Assembly: GCA_021804985.1 (NCBI GenBank) | Contig: JAJZGD010000001.1 | Span: 9,827 to 73,826, forward strand | Origin: Planctomycetota bacterium | Lineage (GTDB): Bacteria > Planctomycetota > Phycisphaerae > WQYP01 | Direction: 5' to 3' | Length of the DNA: 64,000 nucleotides | Shown: positions 30,049 to 40,220 of the stretch, one piece after another | Position numbering within the stretch: the first letter of the stretch is position 1 | How the letters are laid out: every line of letters begins with the position of its first letter | Made by a program: the position numbers and the translations under genes | The notes under the pieces: generated by a model | The model's database searches: none | The model's input: only the letters and a program-made list of their open reading frames with translations | What the model was told of the DNA's origin: nothing

Positions 30049-31857
30049 TCACAATCGGCTTATCAGAAGTTCACGCATAAAAATCATTTCCTTGGGTAAT
30101 TCCCCGGCAAGTTTAAGGAATAATTCTTCCTCAGCGAGTAATTCCCCTTTAAGTGCTTCCGCATCCACACGCTGCGCGTCGGCAAATGCCTGCGTATCAA
30201 GTTCGATCCCTTCCAGGTTAATATCGGCAGGCCTCGGCATCCAGCCGAGAAGTGTTTCGACTGCATAGGCCTGCCCATGTGAGCGTTTGATGATCCATTC
30301 AAGGATGCGGATATTTTCCCCAAAGCCGGGCCAGATAAATTGGCCCTGGGCGTCGCGGCGAAACCAATTCACATGAAATATTCGCGGCGAGTCGCTCATT
30401 TTGGCCCGCATGCGAAACCAGTGAATAAGATAGTCGCCGATGTTGTAGCCGATGAAGGGAAGCATGGCCATGGGATCCCGTCGCACCAGACCGACTTTTC
30501 CGGTGGCGGCGGCGGTGGTTTCGCTCCCCAGTGACGCCCCGGCATAAACGCCGTAACTCCAATTAAAGGCCTGATACACAATCGGGATGGTGCTGGATCG
30601 GCGCCCCCCGAAAATTATCGCGGTCACAGCCACGCCGGCGGGATCATCGGCCGCACCATCCAAGGACGGATTATTTTTCATCGGGGCTGTGAAGCGGCTG
30701 TTCGGGTGCGCCGCCTTGCGACCGCAGTCGGGTGTCCATGGATGGCCTTGCCAATCAAGGGCGGACTCGGGCGGCGTCGGCGTTTTTCCCTCCCACCAGA
30801 CATCACCATCCGGCAGCAGGGCCACATTGGTATAAATGGTATCATGGCCGATCGTTTCCATAGCGGTGGGATTGGTATGGACATTGGTTCCCGGAAGCAC
30901 ACCGAAATAGCCATTTTCAGGATTGATCGCGCGAAGTTTTCCGGTTTTGCCATCCACCCACATCCATGCAATATCATCGCCGACCGTTGTGACGCGCCAG
31001 CCTTTTTCCTTATATGCGGCCGGCGGAATAAGCATCGCAAAGTTGGTCTTGCCGCAGGCACTGGGAAACGCAGCGGCAATATAACTTTTCCGGCCATCGG
31101 GTTCGCGAACGCCACTGATAAGCATGTGCTCGGCCATCCATCCTTCCTGAAAGCCGAGGAAGCTCGCAATGCGCAGTGCGAGACATTTTTTTCCTAACAG
31201 GGCATTGCCGCCATAGCCGGAGCCATAACTCCAAATCGCATTATCCAGCGGAAAATGACAGATGTACCGTCGATCCGGACTGCAATCGCCGACGCTATGG
31301 AGACAGCGGGTGAATTCATCCGAAGTTTTCATCACGTTCCATGCCACGTCGCCCATGCGCGTCATAATGTCCATGCTGGCGGCCACATACAAGCTGTCGG
31401 TCAGTTGAATGCCAACTCGGCAAAGGGAAGATCCGACCGGCCCCATCACAAACGGCAACACATACATGGTGCGGCCGACCATGGAGCCTGAAAAGACAAT
31501 GCGCAGCCTTTCATAAGCAGCTTTTTGCTCCATCCAATTATTGGTGGGACCGGCCATTCCCTGAACCGGCGTACAGATATAAGTACAGGATTCGGATCTC
31601 GCGACATCATTGGGATTGGAGCGGTGAAGGTAGCAGCCGGGCAGCTTCTGCGGATTGAGCGCCAAGAAAGTGCCATCTTCAATACCTGCCGCAAACAGCG
31701 AAGCGCGTTCTTCCAGGCCCCCCTGGCAAAGGATTACGCGCTCCGGCTGTGTCAGGGTCACCATCTCAGCAAGCCAAAGGCGCACTTGAATATTGGGTAT
31801 TAGTTCCGTCAGGCGGGTTGATTGCCCCGCAATCTCAGCGACGTCGATGGTCTTCAA
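30049..31857 (-). CDS. pckG: phosphoenolpyruvate carboxykinase (GTP)
   Basis: GTP-PEPCK kinase-1a P-loop FPSACGKTN and 602-aa length with conserved core. Confidence 0.9.
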   Translation of the reverse strand: MKTIDVAEIAGQSTRLTELIPNIQVRLWLAEMVTLTQPERVILCQGGLEERASLFAAGIEDGTFLALNPQKLPGCYLHRSNPNDVARSESCTYICTPVQGMAGPTNNWMEQKAAYERLRIVFSGSMVGRTMYVLPFVMGPVGSSLCRVGIQLTDSLYVAASMDIMTRMGDVAWNVMKTSDEFTRCLHSVGDCSPDRRYICHFPLDNAIWSYGSGYGGNALLGKKCLALRIASFLGFQEGWMAEHMLISGVREPDGRKSYIAAAFPSACGKTNFAMLIPPAAYKEKGWRVTTVGDDIAWMWVDGKTGKLRAINPENGYFGVLPGTNVHTNPTAMETIGHDTIYTNVALLPDGDVWWEGKTPTPPESALDWQGHPWTPDCGRKAAHPNSRFTAPMKNNPSLDGAADDPAGVAVTAIIFGGRRSSTIPIVYQAFNWSYGVYAGASLGSETTAAATGKVGLVRRDPMAMLPFIGYNIGDYLIHWFRMRAKMSDSPRIFHVNWFRRDAQGQFIWPGFGENIRILEWIIKRSHGQAYAVETLLGWMPRPADINLEGIELDTQAFADAQRVDAEALKGELLAEEELFLKLAGELPKEMIFMRELLISRL

Positions 31858-32037
31858 TACAAACTCCTTGAGCCCTCGAGGCTTAGCCGCTAACCTTCAG
31901 CATGAATTTATGCGATAGCACGCGGTTTGTCGCCACAAAGGCAACAGGGAGTATTGTGTGCAAATGGACAGGACGGCGGCCGGGAGCCGATCTCGCATTG
32001 GTTTTAGGTAAAGTAAGAACGATGCTGCGGCCCACTA

Positions 32038-33552
32038 TTGGAAGAACGTGGCTGCCGGGTGTGGGCTAAGAATGGCGGTGATGGCTTGAAGACAAAACTC
32101 GGATCGCTCCTGAATTTGATCATTGTGATCGTGCTCGCGGCGATCATCGTCGCTGTGGTCTTGCGATGGGCGAAGCCTGCATCTTCGGGCCGGCGCAGCC
32201 CATACAACGTCCTGCGATTTGGCGCCATCGGCAACGGCACAACGCTGAACACGGGCGCCATTCAAAAGGCGATTGATTTATGCCACGCGCATGGCGGTGG
32301 CACGGTGCTGTTTCCAGCCGGCACCTACCTGACGGGCACGATCGTGATAAAAAGCGATGTTGAGTTATATCTTAAAAAAGGGGCAGAGATTTTAGGCAGC
32401 CGTCACATCAAGGATTATTCCATGGTGGACCCGTTTATCGACGGTGATGGACAATCCTTTGGCTATTGCCTTGTGGGGGCCGACCACGCTAAACACATCG
32501 CCATCCTCGGCCATGGCATTGTGGACGGAAATGGGTTTGGATTCACGGGCGACCGACCGTTTCTTATCCGGCTCGCGGGCTGCAGCGGCGTAAAGGTTTC
32601 GGGGGTCACGCTGCGGCAGTCGGCGGCATGGGGCCTGAATTTGTATCAGTGCCTTAATGTCCATATTTCGCATATCCACATCTACAATCACGCCAATTAC
32701 AATAACGATGGCATTGACATTGACTCATCTCAATTGGTTCGCATAACCCATTGTCGAATTAATACGGAAGACGATTCGATTTGCCTGAAGACCACCACAC
32801 GCATGTCGTGCAGTAATATCCAAGTTAAAGACTGCACGCTGAGCAGCCTGTGCGCGGCATTTAAATTTGGAAGTGAATCACGCGGCACTTTTAGTAATAT
32901 CCACTGCACCGACTGCCGATTTATCAATTGCCGACTTGGCGGCATCAAAATCATGTCGGTCGATGGCGGCCATATTCACAACGTCCGCTTCAATCACATT
33001 ACGATGAAAAATGTGGATTTGCCCATATTCATTCGCCTCGGCGGGCGACTCTCTACGTTTCATCCCGGACAAAAGCCCCTGGTTCCCGGTGGCATCACCA
33101 ACGTTGTGATTCGCAACGTAACGGCACGGGTTTCGCCGCAAAGCAAACTTCTGTTTCCAACGGGTATAGTCATTACCGGCTTTCCGGGGCATCCGGTCGG
33201 ACATATTGCCTTGGAAAATATCACGATGACCCTTTCCGGCGGTGGCACGGCGGGAGACCTACACGTGCATGTGCCCGAAAGAATTAAGGCTTTTCCTGAT
33301 ATCGATGCTTTTTCGCTCTACTTTCCGGCATATGGCATGTTCGCGAGATACGTCAAATCAATCTACACCGAAGATCTGGTCTTTAAGCTAAAGCACTCGG
33401 ATTTAAGGCCCCCCGTCGTGTGTGAGGATGTCAATAAAATTCATTGGCAAAATTCGCCCGCGCCGGTATTTTTGAATGCGACAGGCGGCTTGGAATCTCC
33501 GGCCGTCGCCCCGCGCCAAGCTGCGCCCGCAGTCGTGAGGAAGACAAAATGA
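32038..33552 (+). CDS. glycoside hydrolase family 28-like / pectin-lyase-fold beta-helix protein, membrane anchored
   Basis: N-terminal TM (LLNLIIVIVLAAIIVAVVL), GH28-like start FGAIGNGTTLNTGAIQKAIDLCHAHGGGTVLFPAGTY and parallel beta-helix repeats. Confidence 0.7.
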   Translation: MEERGCRVWAKNGGDGLKTKLGSLLNLIIVIVLAAIIVAVVLRWAKPASSGRRSPYNVLRFGAIGNGTTLNTGAIQKAIDLCHAHGGGTVLFPAGTYLTGTIVIKSDVELYLKKGAEILGSRHIKDYSMVDPFIDGDGQSFGYCLVGADHAKHIAILGHGIVDGNGFGFTGDRPFLIRLAGCSGVKVSGVTLRQSAAWGLNLYQCLNVHISHIHIYNHANYNNDGIDIDSSQLVRITHCRINTEDDSICLKTTTRMSCSNIQVKDCTLSSLCAAFKFGSESRGTFSNIHCTDCRFINCRLGGIKIMSVDGGHIHNVRFNHITMKNVDLPIFIRLGGRLSTFHPGQKPLVPGGITNVVIRNVTARVSPQSKLLFPTGIVITGFPGHPVGHIALENITMTLSGGGTAGDLHVHVPERIKAFPDIDAFSLYFPAYGMFARYVKSIYTEDLVFKLKHSDLRPPVVCEDVNKIHWQNSPAPVFLNATGGLESPAVAPRQAAPAVVRKTK

Positions 33553-33941
33553 CCGACGAACATCCCGCCAAGTACGATCTTAATACGGAATTGGCGGCCG
33601 AACGCACGATGCTTGCGTGGCTGAGGACGGGCCTGGCGCTTATGGGGTTTGGATTTGTGGTGTCCAAATTTGGCCTTTTTCTGCGCAAGCTGGAAGAACT
33701 GCGTCATCTGCATGTGAAGGTTTCAGCCAATCAATCGCTTTCCGTGTGGATCGGCGTGGCATTGGTGCTGCTCGGTGTGGCGGTCAATGTTATTGCGAGC
33801 GCGCGATTTCTAAAAACGATCGCTCAACTGCGCGACGGAAAAAACCCGATCGCGCCCAAGTGGCAGCCCTCCGTCCTGATTGCCGGGGTGATGGCGATCA
33901 TCGGTTTGGGGATTGCGGTTTATCTCATCAGCATACGATAA
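33549..33941 (+). CDS. DUF202/YidH-family small membrane protein
   Basis: ERTMLAWLRTGLALMGFGFVV signature followed by two further TM helices; ATG overlaps preceding stop (ATGA). Confidence 0.6.
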   Translation: MTDEHPAKYDLNTELAAERTMLAWLRTGLALMGFGFVVSKFGLFLRKLEELRHLHVKVSANQSLSVWIGVALVLLGVAVNVIASARFLKTIAQLRDGKNPIAPKWQPSVLIAGVMAIIGLGIAVYLISIR

Positions 33942-34009
33942 GCGCCATATCGCCAGCGGCCATCAGCAACGCTTTTGATTGACCGCGACCGGGCCGACGC
34001 CACGCGCCG

Positions 34010-34519
34010 CTATTTGGGAATGATGGGGCAAAATTCGCTGACTTGCCTGCCGGTCGATACAAAGAGCGCCCGTAAATCGCGGACTCTTATTAACCCATCG
34101 GCTGCAAGTCGGCCGAATGCCTCCGCCACCTTACGATTGGCCGCTATCGGCAGATAGCGGGTGTAGAAGCTGATGGAGCGCTTTTCGCTGGCAATGGTAA
34201 GACGCATGGCTTCATCAAACCGGGCGTCATCACGAGCATCGAGCAGGCGTGGCCCAACACACACCAAAGCTTTGTCCCGATTGGTGAGATAAAAGCATGC
34301 CGACGGAAACAATTCCTGGAGCAATTTTTGCAGCATATCACGCTGCACATTTTCCGCCTGAACCATGGCGTGGAACGACGTCTGCAACGGGCCACTGCGC
34401 GATTTCTCTGCCAGCACAATGTAACGATAAGCGGCCACCGCTTCCCCATAGGCCGCGATTGCCAAAGCCTTGTCATCGGTTATTGCCGATAGGTCAAATT
34501 GTTCAAATTGCCTGCCCAT
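34010..34519 (-). CDS. hypothetical protein
   Basis: 169-aa ORF with protein-like composition; no recognisable motif. Confidence 0.3.
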   Translation of the reverse strand: MGRQFEQFDLSAITDDKALAIAAYGEAVAAYRYIVLAEKSRSGPLQTSFHAMVQAENVQRDMLQKLLQELFPSACFYLTNRDKALVCVGPRLLDARDDARFDEAMRLTIASEKRSISFYTRYLPIAANRKVAEAFGRLAADGLIRVRDLRALFVSTGRQVSEFCPIIPK

Positions 34520-34836
34520 GGAATGATTTTAGCATAAGCCGCTCTTTGCGGTATCCGGCCCTTGATACGGCTTCAGCCAGCGGAAGCCACCGCACCGTTT
34601 GCAGGCGGTTACATCCGGATTACGATCTCGCAAAATGGCGACTGCCCAAAATGGGCGATTCGATTACTTGGTCGGAATTTCCAGCATAATCGTGCGATCT
34701 GCACCGCGATAATACCTTTTAAAATCAATGGATTTTGCGTCTTGGCGGCAGCTTCTTCCTCGTGGCCGCCTGGCCGCCACGGTGCGGAAGCGCTGCGGGC
34801 AAGCCAGGTTTGCCGCGTTAACAAGCCCCCCGCCGC

Positions 34837-36114
34837 TTACGCCATTTCTTTGCCGACGGCGGCCTCGCGCCGCAGCTTATCCTGCTTCATCAATTCCTGA
34901 AGCTTCGGAAGCATTTTTACAAGCTCAGCTGCAACGGCGGTTTCAGGATGATGATCAATCACTTTCTGTGCGATCGGCATCGCCTCGTCATAACGCCGCC
35001 GCTGCAACAATTCCTTGAATTGCGATTCGAGGTCTTTTACCTCCTGGATGTCCGCATTTTTACGAATGGCGGGCAACTCGGCTCGCAGTTTTTCCACCAT
35101 CTTTTCGTCGGGGTATTTCTCGAGAATCTGCTGCGCAATCAGGCTGGCCCGACGCCATTGCCGATGATCCCCCGCATCCTTCAACTGCGCGATCAAGTTA
35201 TGAAATTCTTCTTTATGCCAACCCTGCATCTCGCCGCGCACCTGCTGAACATAGCCCATGACCGATGCGTCATCCGGATAGGTGAGTTCCAGTTTTGTAA
35301 TAAGTGGCTCGACGAGATCCCACCGATTGGTGCTCACCCAGCCGCGTACGCGGTCTTGGGCATCATTCAAATCGCGATCGATTTTGCGTTGCCTGGCGAA
35401 TGCCAATTCCTCGGTCAGGGGGGCCTCTAAGCCGTCGCTCGGAAAAAGCCGCTTCACTTCGTCAATCGCGCCTTTCGCCTCGGGCCATTCTTCATGCCGC
35501 AGATGATGCCGGCACCTGTCAACGATGGCTTGTCGTTTCTGTTCCAATCGGTGCTTAATCACCGCCTGCTTTTCACCGTCGCCCATCAATGCGACATCCC
35601 GCAATTCGCTGATGGCAGCCACCAACCGTGCGACATCCGCTGCGCCAAGGCCTGACGCCTGCGGTTTTGCCGCCTCGGGCACCTGCGAGATAGCAGCTGC
35701 GGGGACGCCGCGCCCGAGCATCGGCCCCAATTCCAGCATGGTTTTTTCCAGCGATCCGATTCCCAGCCGGGTCTGCTCGGTTGCACGCTGAATATTCCGC
35801 ATCAATATAATTTGAGATTTTAACCCTACTAGAATCATTGCACAGCAGAAGACGATTCCCCCCAGCATGACACCGCCAAGAAATCCCGCGAGAAGAAGCT
35901 CTACCGATCGGTTATCACCGAGTTTTAGCTTGACACTGTGGTGATATAAAAACAGGCCGAGCACCGCGCCGGCAATCAGCAGCAAAACCGAAATGCAGAT
36001 CGCAAAGGCGCTGGCAATTTCAAGGCCCCACAGACCGGGGGCCGCCCGCGCTGGTGCTTCATGTTCCGCCATATTCGTCTCCAAAAGCATCGTCCCGCCA
36101 TTAACCCCAGCCAC
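34837..36114 (-). CDS. hypothetical membrane protein with coiled-coil/TPR-like cytoplasmic region
   Basis: two N-terminal TM helices, then a charged helical region rich in E/K/R with repeated YPDD/YPDE motifs. Confidence 0.4.
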   Translation of the reverse strand: MAGVNGGTMLLETNMAEHEAPARAAPGLWGLEIASAFAICISVLLLIAGAVLGLFLYHHSVKLKLGDNRSVELLLAGFLGGVMLGGIVFCCAMILVGLKSQIILMRNIQRATEQTRLGIGSLEKTMLELGPMLGRGVPAAAISQVPEAAKPQASGLGAADVARLVAAISELRDVALMGDGEKQAVIKHRLEQKRQAIVDRCRHHLRHEEWPEAKGAIDEVKRLFPSDGLEAPLTEELAFARQRKIDRDLNDAQDRVRGWVSTNRWDLVEPLITKLELTYPDDASVMGYVQQVRGEMQGWHKEEFHNLIAQLKDAGDHRQWRRASLIAQQILEKYPDEKMVEKLRAELPAIRKNADIQEVKDLESQFKELLQRRRYDEAMPIAQKVIDHHPETAVAAELVKMLPKLQELMKQDKLRREAAVGKEMA

Positions 36115-36167
36115 GCGCCTGCCCAGGTAATCGCCGTCGCAATCCCGGCCATTACTCGGACACGCTC

Positions 36168-36446
36168 CTAGGCCGGTGAGCCGCCAGCGGGCCCCTTGCT
36201 GCCTTTCATCTCCGCCACCGATAGGTGCTCAACCTTAAGCTCATTTTGCCCTTCGGCAATGACCTTGATTCGCTTCTCTGCCGCATCCAGATATGCCCGG
36301 CACTGCCCCACCATCACCATCCCCTTTTCATAAAGCCGCAGACTTTCTTCCAGCCCGATCTTTCCCGCACTTATCTGCTCCGTGATTTTTGCCAGTTCGT
36401 CCATGGCGCTTTCCAAATTAAATGCGTCATTCTTTTTATCGGCCAC
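36168..36446 (-). CDS. xseB: exodeoxyribonuclease VII small subunit
   Basis: 92 aa, XseB pattern LEESLRLYEKGMVMVGQCRAYLDAAEKRI. Confidence 0.8.
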   Translation of the reverse strand: MADKKNDAFNLESAMDELAKITEQISAGKIGLEESLRLYEKGMVMVGQCRAYLDAAEKRIKVIAEGQNELKVEHLSVAEMKGSKGPAGGSPA

Positions 36447-36539
36447 AATGTACTCCTAACTGGTTTGCAATTTTCCGTGCAACACTGCCGCTTTGAATTT
36501 AATGCGACCGAGCCGCGGCCATCCGCATGACCTCGGCTT

Positions 36540-38084
36540 TTATTTGGCAACCGTGCGATCCTGCACCACGCTGGCAATCGCCCCATCCGCCACTCGCGTT
36601 ATCAGACGCTCGCCGGGTGTAATCCCACCGGCCGACCGCACCAAGGTGCCATCGCTGCGTGTGGTCATGCTGAAACCCCGTTCCAAAACCCGATCGGGAT
36701 GCGATTCGTCCAAACGCTGCTGCACGTTATCACACCGGTCCCGATACCGGCGCAAATGGTTGATAATGCCGATGGATAAGGCTTTGCGGATGCTTTGTAC
36801 CTCGGACGACATGCGGCTGGCGTGCAGTTTCGGCGTGGATTCCAGCAGCGCGGCTTGGCGCCGCTGCAGCACCGGCCGAAATTGTTCCATCCGATGGCGC
36901 ATGGCATCGATCATTTTTTGCTTCAGCACTTGAACGGCAAAGCGGCGCTGCGCCATGAGCCGCGCCGGCTCAATGGATGAAATCTGCTGACCCCGCAATT
37001 CGATCTGGCGATAGCACACCGCAAGCCGCTGTCGGATGTCGCGATCCAACACCATCTCATAGCCATCGAGCTTGCGGTGCTGCAAATCGAAGCGCTGTTG
37101 GATTTTTTCAGCGATGCGCCCGCAGACGGTTTCGATGGCCAAATGCACCTCGGCTATATCGGCCACCACGCGCTCGGCGATGCCGGTAGGTGTCGGGCCG
37201 CACATATCTGCCACTAAATCTGCAATGGTTTGATCCGGCTCGTGTCCGATGCCGGTTGCAATGGGAATGCGGCTTGCACGAATGGCGCGGGCGAGTTGCT
37301 CATCATTGAAAGCCCATAAATCCTCGAGCGAACCGCCGCCTCGCACCAGTAAAATCGCGTCCAGCCGCCCCAGCATCTTTTCACTGCGGTTGAGAAGTTC
37401 AATGGCGCCGATTATCTCATCGGCCGAGCCAGGGCCTTGCACGCGCACGGGCACCAAAATAATATCCAACGGCGGGAAACGTCGGCGCGCAGTCGTTACC
37501 ACGTCGTAGACCGCGTCGCCCACATTGCTGGTGATTAGCCCGATGCGGGTGGGAATGCGCGAAATGCGCCGCTTAAGCCCGGCATCAAATAATCCTTCCG
37601 CGAGAAGCTTTTGGCACAACTGCCGATAGCGGAGTTCCAATTCACCTTTTCCTGCAAGGGCCAACGCCATCACCTGAAAATTCAGTTGGCCCCGGGGTTT
37701 ATAAAATCGCATCCTGCCCGACGCCACAACGGCCATACCGTCCTGTGCCCCCGTCGCTACGCCCGCGAGATCGCGCTTCCACATGACGGCATCCAACGCG
37801 GATTGCTCATCACGAAGTGTGAAGTAGGCGTGGCCGCTGCGTGCAATTTTCCAGTTGGAAATTTCGCCCTTGACGTGAATAATATCCGGCGCCGCAACTT
37901 CAATAATCGTCTCTACGAGATCGCACGCCTCGGACACCGTCATCGTCAGATCAGCCTTGCGCAGCGTCGGCGTGGGTGTGGATTTGGGTGTGGATATGCT
38001 TGCAGGGGGCACCGCCGTGGCCGCCGCCGGCGTCGGCGCATCGCGACGTTCCAGGTGCGAAAATAACGGATGATCGCCGTTCAT
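36540..38084 (-). CDS. xseA: exodeoxyribonuclease VII large subunit
   Basis: OB-fold N-terminus VKGEISNWKIARSGHAYFTLRDE and conserved catalytic core; probable true start MTVSEA at 37943. Confidence 0.85.
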   Translation of the reverse strand: MNGDHPLFSHLERRDAPTPAAATAVPPASISTPKSTPTPTLRKADLTMTVSEACDLVETIIEVAAPDIIHVKGEISNWKIARSGHAYFTLRDEQSALDAVMWKRDLAGVATGAQDGMAVVASGRMRFYKPRGQLNFQVMALALAGKGELELRYRQLCQKLLAEGLFDAGLKRRISRIPTRIGLITSNVGDAVYDVVTTARRRFPPLDIILVPVRVQGPGSADEIIGAIELLNRSEKMLGRLDAILLVRGGGSLEDLWAFNDEQLARAIRASRIPIATGIGHEPDQTIADLVADMCGPTPTGIAERVVADIAEVHLAIETVCGRIAEKIQQRFDLQHRKLDGYEMVLDRDIRQRLAVCYRQIELRGQQISSIEPARLMAQRRFAVQVLKQKMIDAMRHRMEQFRPVLQRRQAALLESTPKLHASRMSSEVQSIRKALSIGIINHLRRYRDRCDNVQQRLDESHPDRVLERGFSMTTRSDGTLVRSAGGITPGERLITRVADGAIASVVQDRTVAK

Positions 38085-39331
38085 GGCTTGGCCTTTTCAA
38101 TGGCCGGTGCGCTGGATGCCGCCGGTATCGCGCCCCTCGGCCGCCGCGTCACCTCAAGCCCCACAGTCTGTGGGCCTTTGAGAATTGATACGCCCTTAGG
38201 CAGCGAATAATGCACGCTGTGCTTGATCCAGCCATCGGTTGCCCGTGCGGATGCGGTCAGACTAACAAAACCGATGATCCGACGATTGATCGGAGCGAGA
38301 CTGCCCAGCGCTATATTTCTTTCCAGGTGGGCCAGCGATTTGGGGCTGCCAATGACGGTTAACTCGACGCTGGCCGGGCGAACCGACGCCTTATAGCGGT
38401 TTAATATCCACGCCGGGCCGTCGATCCATATGGGCACCGCCCCGAGATGCATAACCTGTACCGCGCTGCGCGGAACGGTAAAGCTTACCTCAGCGGTGGT
38501 GGGCTTAATGGTAACGCCTTGAGCCACGCGGCCGGGATAATCCGCAACCAGTTGTGCCTCGATCGTTTGATGCGATCCGGGCACCAAACCGGTGACATCC
38601 TGCAGCGGTTCGGCTCGGACAATAAGTTCGTCCGCCCCCCCGATCCGATTAAGCACACTGCCCGGGATGGTCACGACTGCGGTAGCAGGCGTTATCTGCG
38701 CCTTGACACCCGGGAAGGCGCTAAAGACGATCGGCCGGCGAACACGCAGCAGCCGATTGAATTCCAGTTTTGTAACATCGGGCCGCGCCGAGACCACCAC
38801 CACACGCTGCTTTTTGAAGTAAGGCAAAGAATTTAAAAGGGCCAGCGTTTTGAAGCGATAGATTTTTCCGTATCGGAAATGCGCGCCATTAAAGGCATAC
38901 GTCAGATCCTGCCGGTCGCGTGCGGTAAGAATCACGCGTCCGTAAAATTGGTCGGCCACCTCGCTTACGCGGCTTTTCCGGCCGGCGATGTCGATCTGAT
39001 AGGCACCGCGCTGCGGCGAAATCAGATGGACGGTCATGTTGTGATTACCCAAATCGGCTGCAAATGCGATTTTTACCGGCAGATCACGCTGCGTCGCGGT
39101 CAGATGGGCATCGGCGTAAAGCCACAGCAGCACCGTCAGAGTGATCGTCAGCGGCAGCAGTTTCAAATGGGCGGTAAGCTTAGGACTACGCTTCCTCAGG
39201 GCACAAACTCCATTAGGCCAATGCAGAATGATTTTCGGTTTCCGTCGCCTGCATCTCAAGTTCGCGGTGCAGTAATCGCCGCAGCGCTTCGATGGATAGC
39301 CCTCTCTCCAGCCGGCCTCTTTGGGCAACAC
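38081..39331 (-). CDS. cdaR: CdaR-like regulator of diadenylate cyclase (YbbR domain repeats)
   Basis: single N-terminal TM then repeated beta-rich YbbR-like segments; immediately downstream of cdaA; 5' end of ORF overlaps cdaA so true start is likely internal (about 39220). Confidence 0.6.
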   Translation of the reverse strand: MLPKEAGWREGYPSKRCGDYCTANLRCRRRKPKIILHWPNGVCALRKRSPKLTAHLKLLPLTITLTVLLWLYADAHLTATQRDLPVKIAFAADLGNHNMTVHLISPQRGAYQIDIAGRKSRVSEVADQFYGRVILTARDRQDLTYAFNGAHFRYGKIYRFKTLALLNSLPYFKKQRVVVVSARPDVTKLEFNRLLRVRRPIVFSAFPGVKAQITPATAVVTIPGSVLNRIGGADELIVRAEPLQDVTGLVPGSHQTIEAQLVADYPGRVAQGVTIKPTTAEVSFTVPRSAVQVMHLGAVPIWIDGPAWILNRYKASVRPASVELTVIGSPKSLAHLERNIALGSLAPINRRIIGFVSLTASARATDGWIKHSVHYSLPKGVSILKGPQTVGLEVTRRPRGAIPAASSAPAIEKAKP

Positions 39332-40073
39332 TGATGGTGCCGGTTTCTTCGCTGACCACCAGAATCAGTGCGTCGGTATCCTGCGACAAACCAAGGGCCG
39401 CGCGATGCCGGGCGCCAAGCTCCGACGGCACATCCGTCCCCTCGTCCAGCGGAAACTGAACACCGGCAGCTGCCAAGCGCCCGTCACGAATGACCACCCC
39501 CATGTCATGGAGTGCCGACCCCGGCCAGAATATCGTATTGAGCAATTCGGTGGTTATTTCCGCCTGAAGTGGCGTTCCATTTTCAATCAGTGCGGCAAGG
39601 CCAACCTGCCGCTCAATGGCGATCAGCGCGCCAATTCGGTTTCGAGCACAATATTCGGCAGAGTTTACAAGAGCCTCAATCATCCGCGACGGGCGGTTCG
39701 GGGCCACGCGAAAGAACCGGGCCTCGCCAAGACGAGTCAGCGCACGACGCAGCTCCGGCTGAAAAACCACGACAATGGCCAAGCTGGTAAATAATAAAAT
39801 CCGCTGAAAAAGAAATTCCACGCGGATAAGTTTGTCACCGCAAAGCCAGATCACCGCAAATGCCGTAACGAGAAAAAGCGTGGTACCGCGAATCAGGCGG
39901 GCTCCGCGGGTATCGCGAAGAAAAAACAGAACGCTGTGCACCACCATGCCGATCATCAGCAGTTCAATGACAACGATCCACCAATTGTAGGTGCTCAGTC
40001 GATCAATAAAGTTGGTGAAAAACTGCAGCATGCGAGGCAGTATACATCCGCGCGAAAATGCGGCATATATCAT
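39213..40073 (-). CDS. cdaA: diadenylate cyclase (c-di-AMP synthase), membrane-anchored DisA_N domain
   Basis: three N-terminal TM helices plus DAC domain motifs GALIAIER, DGRLAAAG and GARHRAALGLSQDTDALILVVSEETGTISVA. Confidence 0.85.
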   Translation of the reverse strand: MIYAAFSRGCILPRMLQFFTNFIDRLSTYNWWIVVIELLMIGMVVHSVLFFLRDTRGARLIRGTTLFLVTAFAVIWLCGDKLIRVEFLFQRILLFTSLAIVVVFQPELRRALTRLGEARFFRVAPNRPSRMIEALVNSAEYCARNRIGALIAIERQVGLAALIENGTPLQAEITTELLNTIFWPGSALHDMGVVIRDGRLAAAGVQFPLDEGTDVPSELGARHRAALGLSQDTDALILVVSEETGTISVAQRGRLERGLSIEALRRLLHRELEMQATETENHSALA

Positions 40074-40220
40074 TTGCCGGAGCCGGCGCGAGCGCTGCTA
40101 TCGGCGGAGCAATCTCAAGGCCCCGGAGGCCTGCCGGATCGCACGGCCAAACCCCGCCAGCCGCCATGGCACCGGTTCACATCACTGCACCCGACGGCTG
40201 GGCACGGTTATGATAGCACC

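Noticed and set aside
39936-40220. 95-codon in-frame upstream extension of the cysteine desulfurase ORF
   Set aside because: Overlaps cdaA on the opposite strand, the translation is non-protein-like (His/Pro/Gln-rich), and the conserved N-terminus starts at MIYLDNNATT
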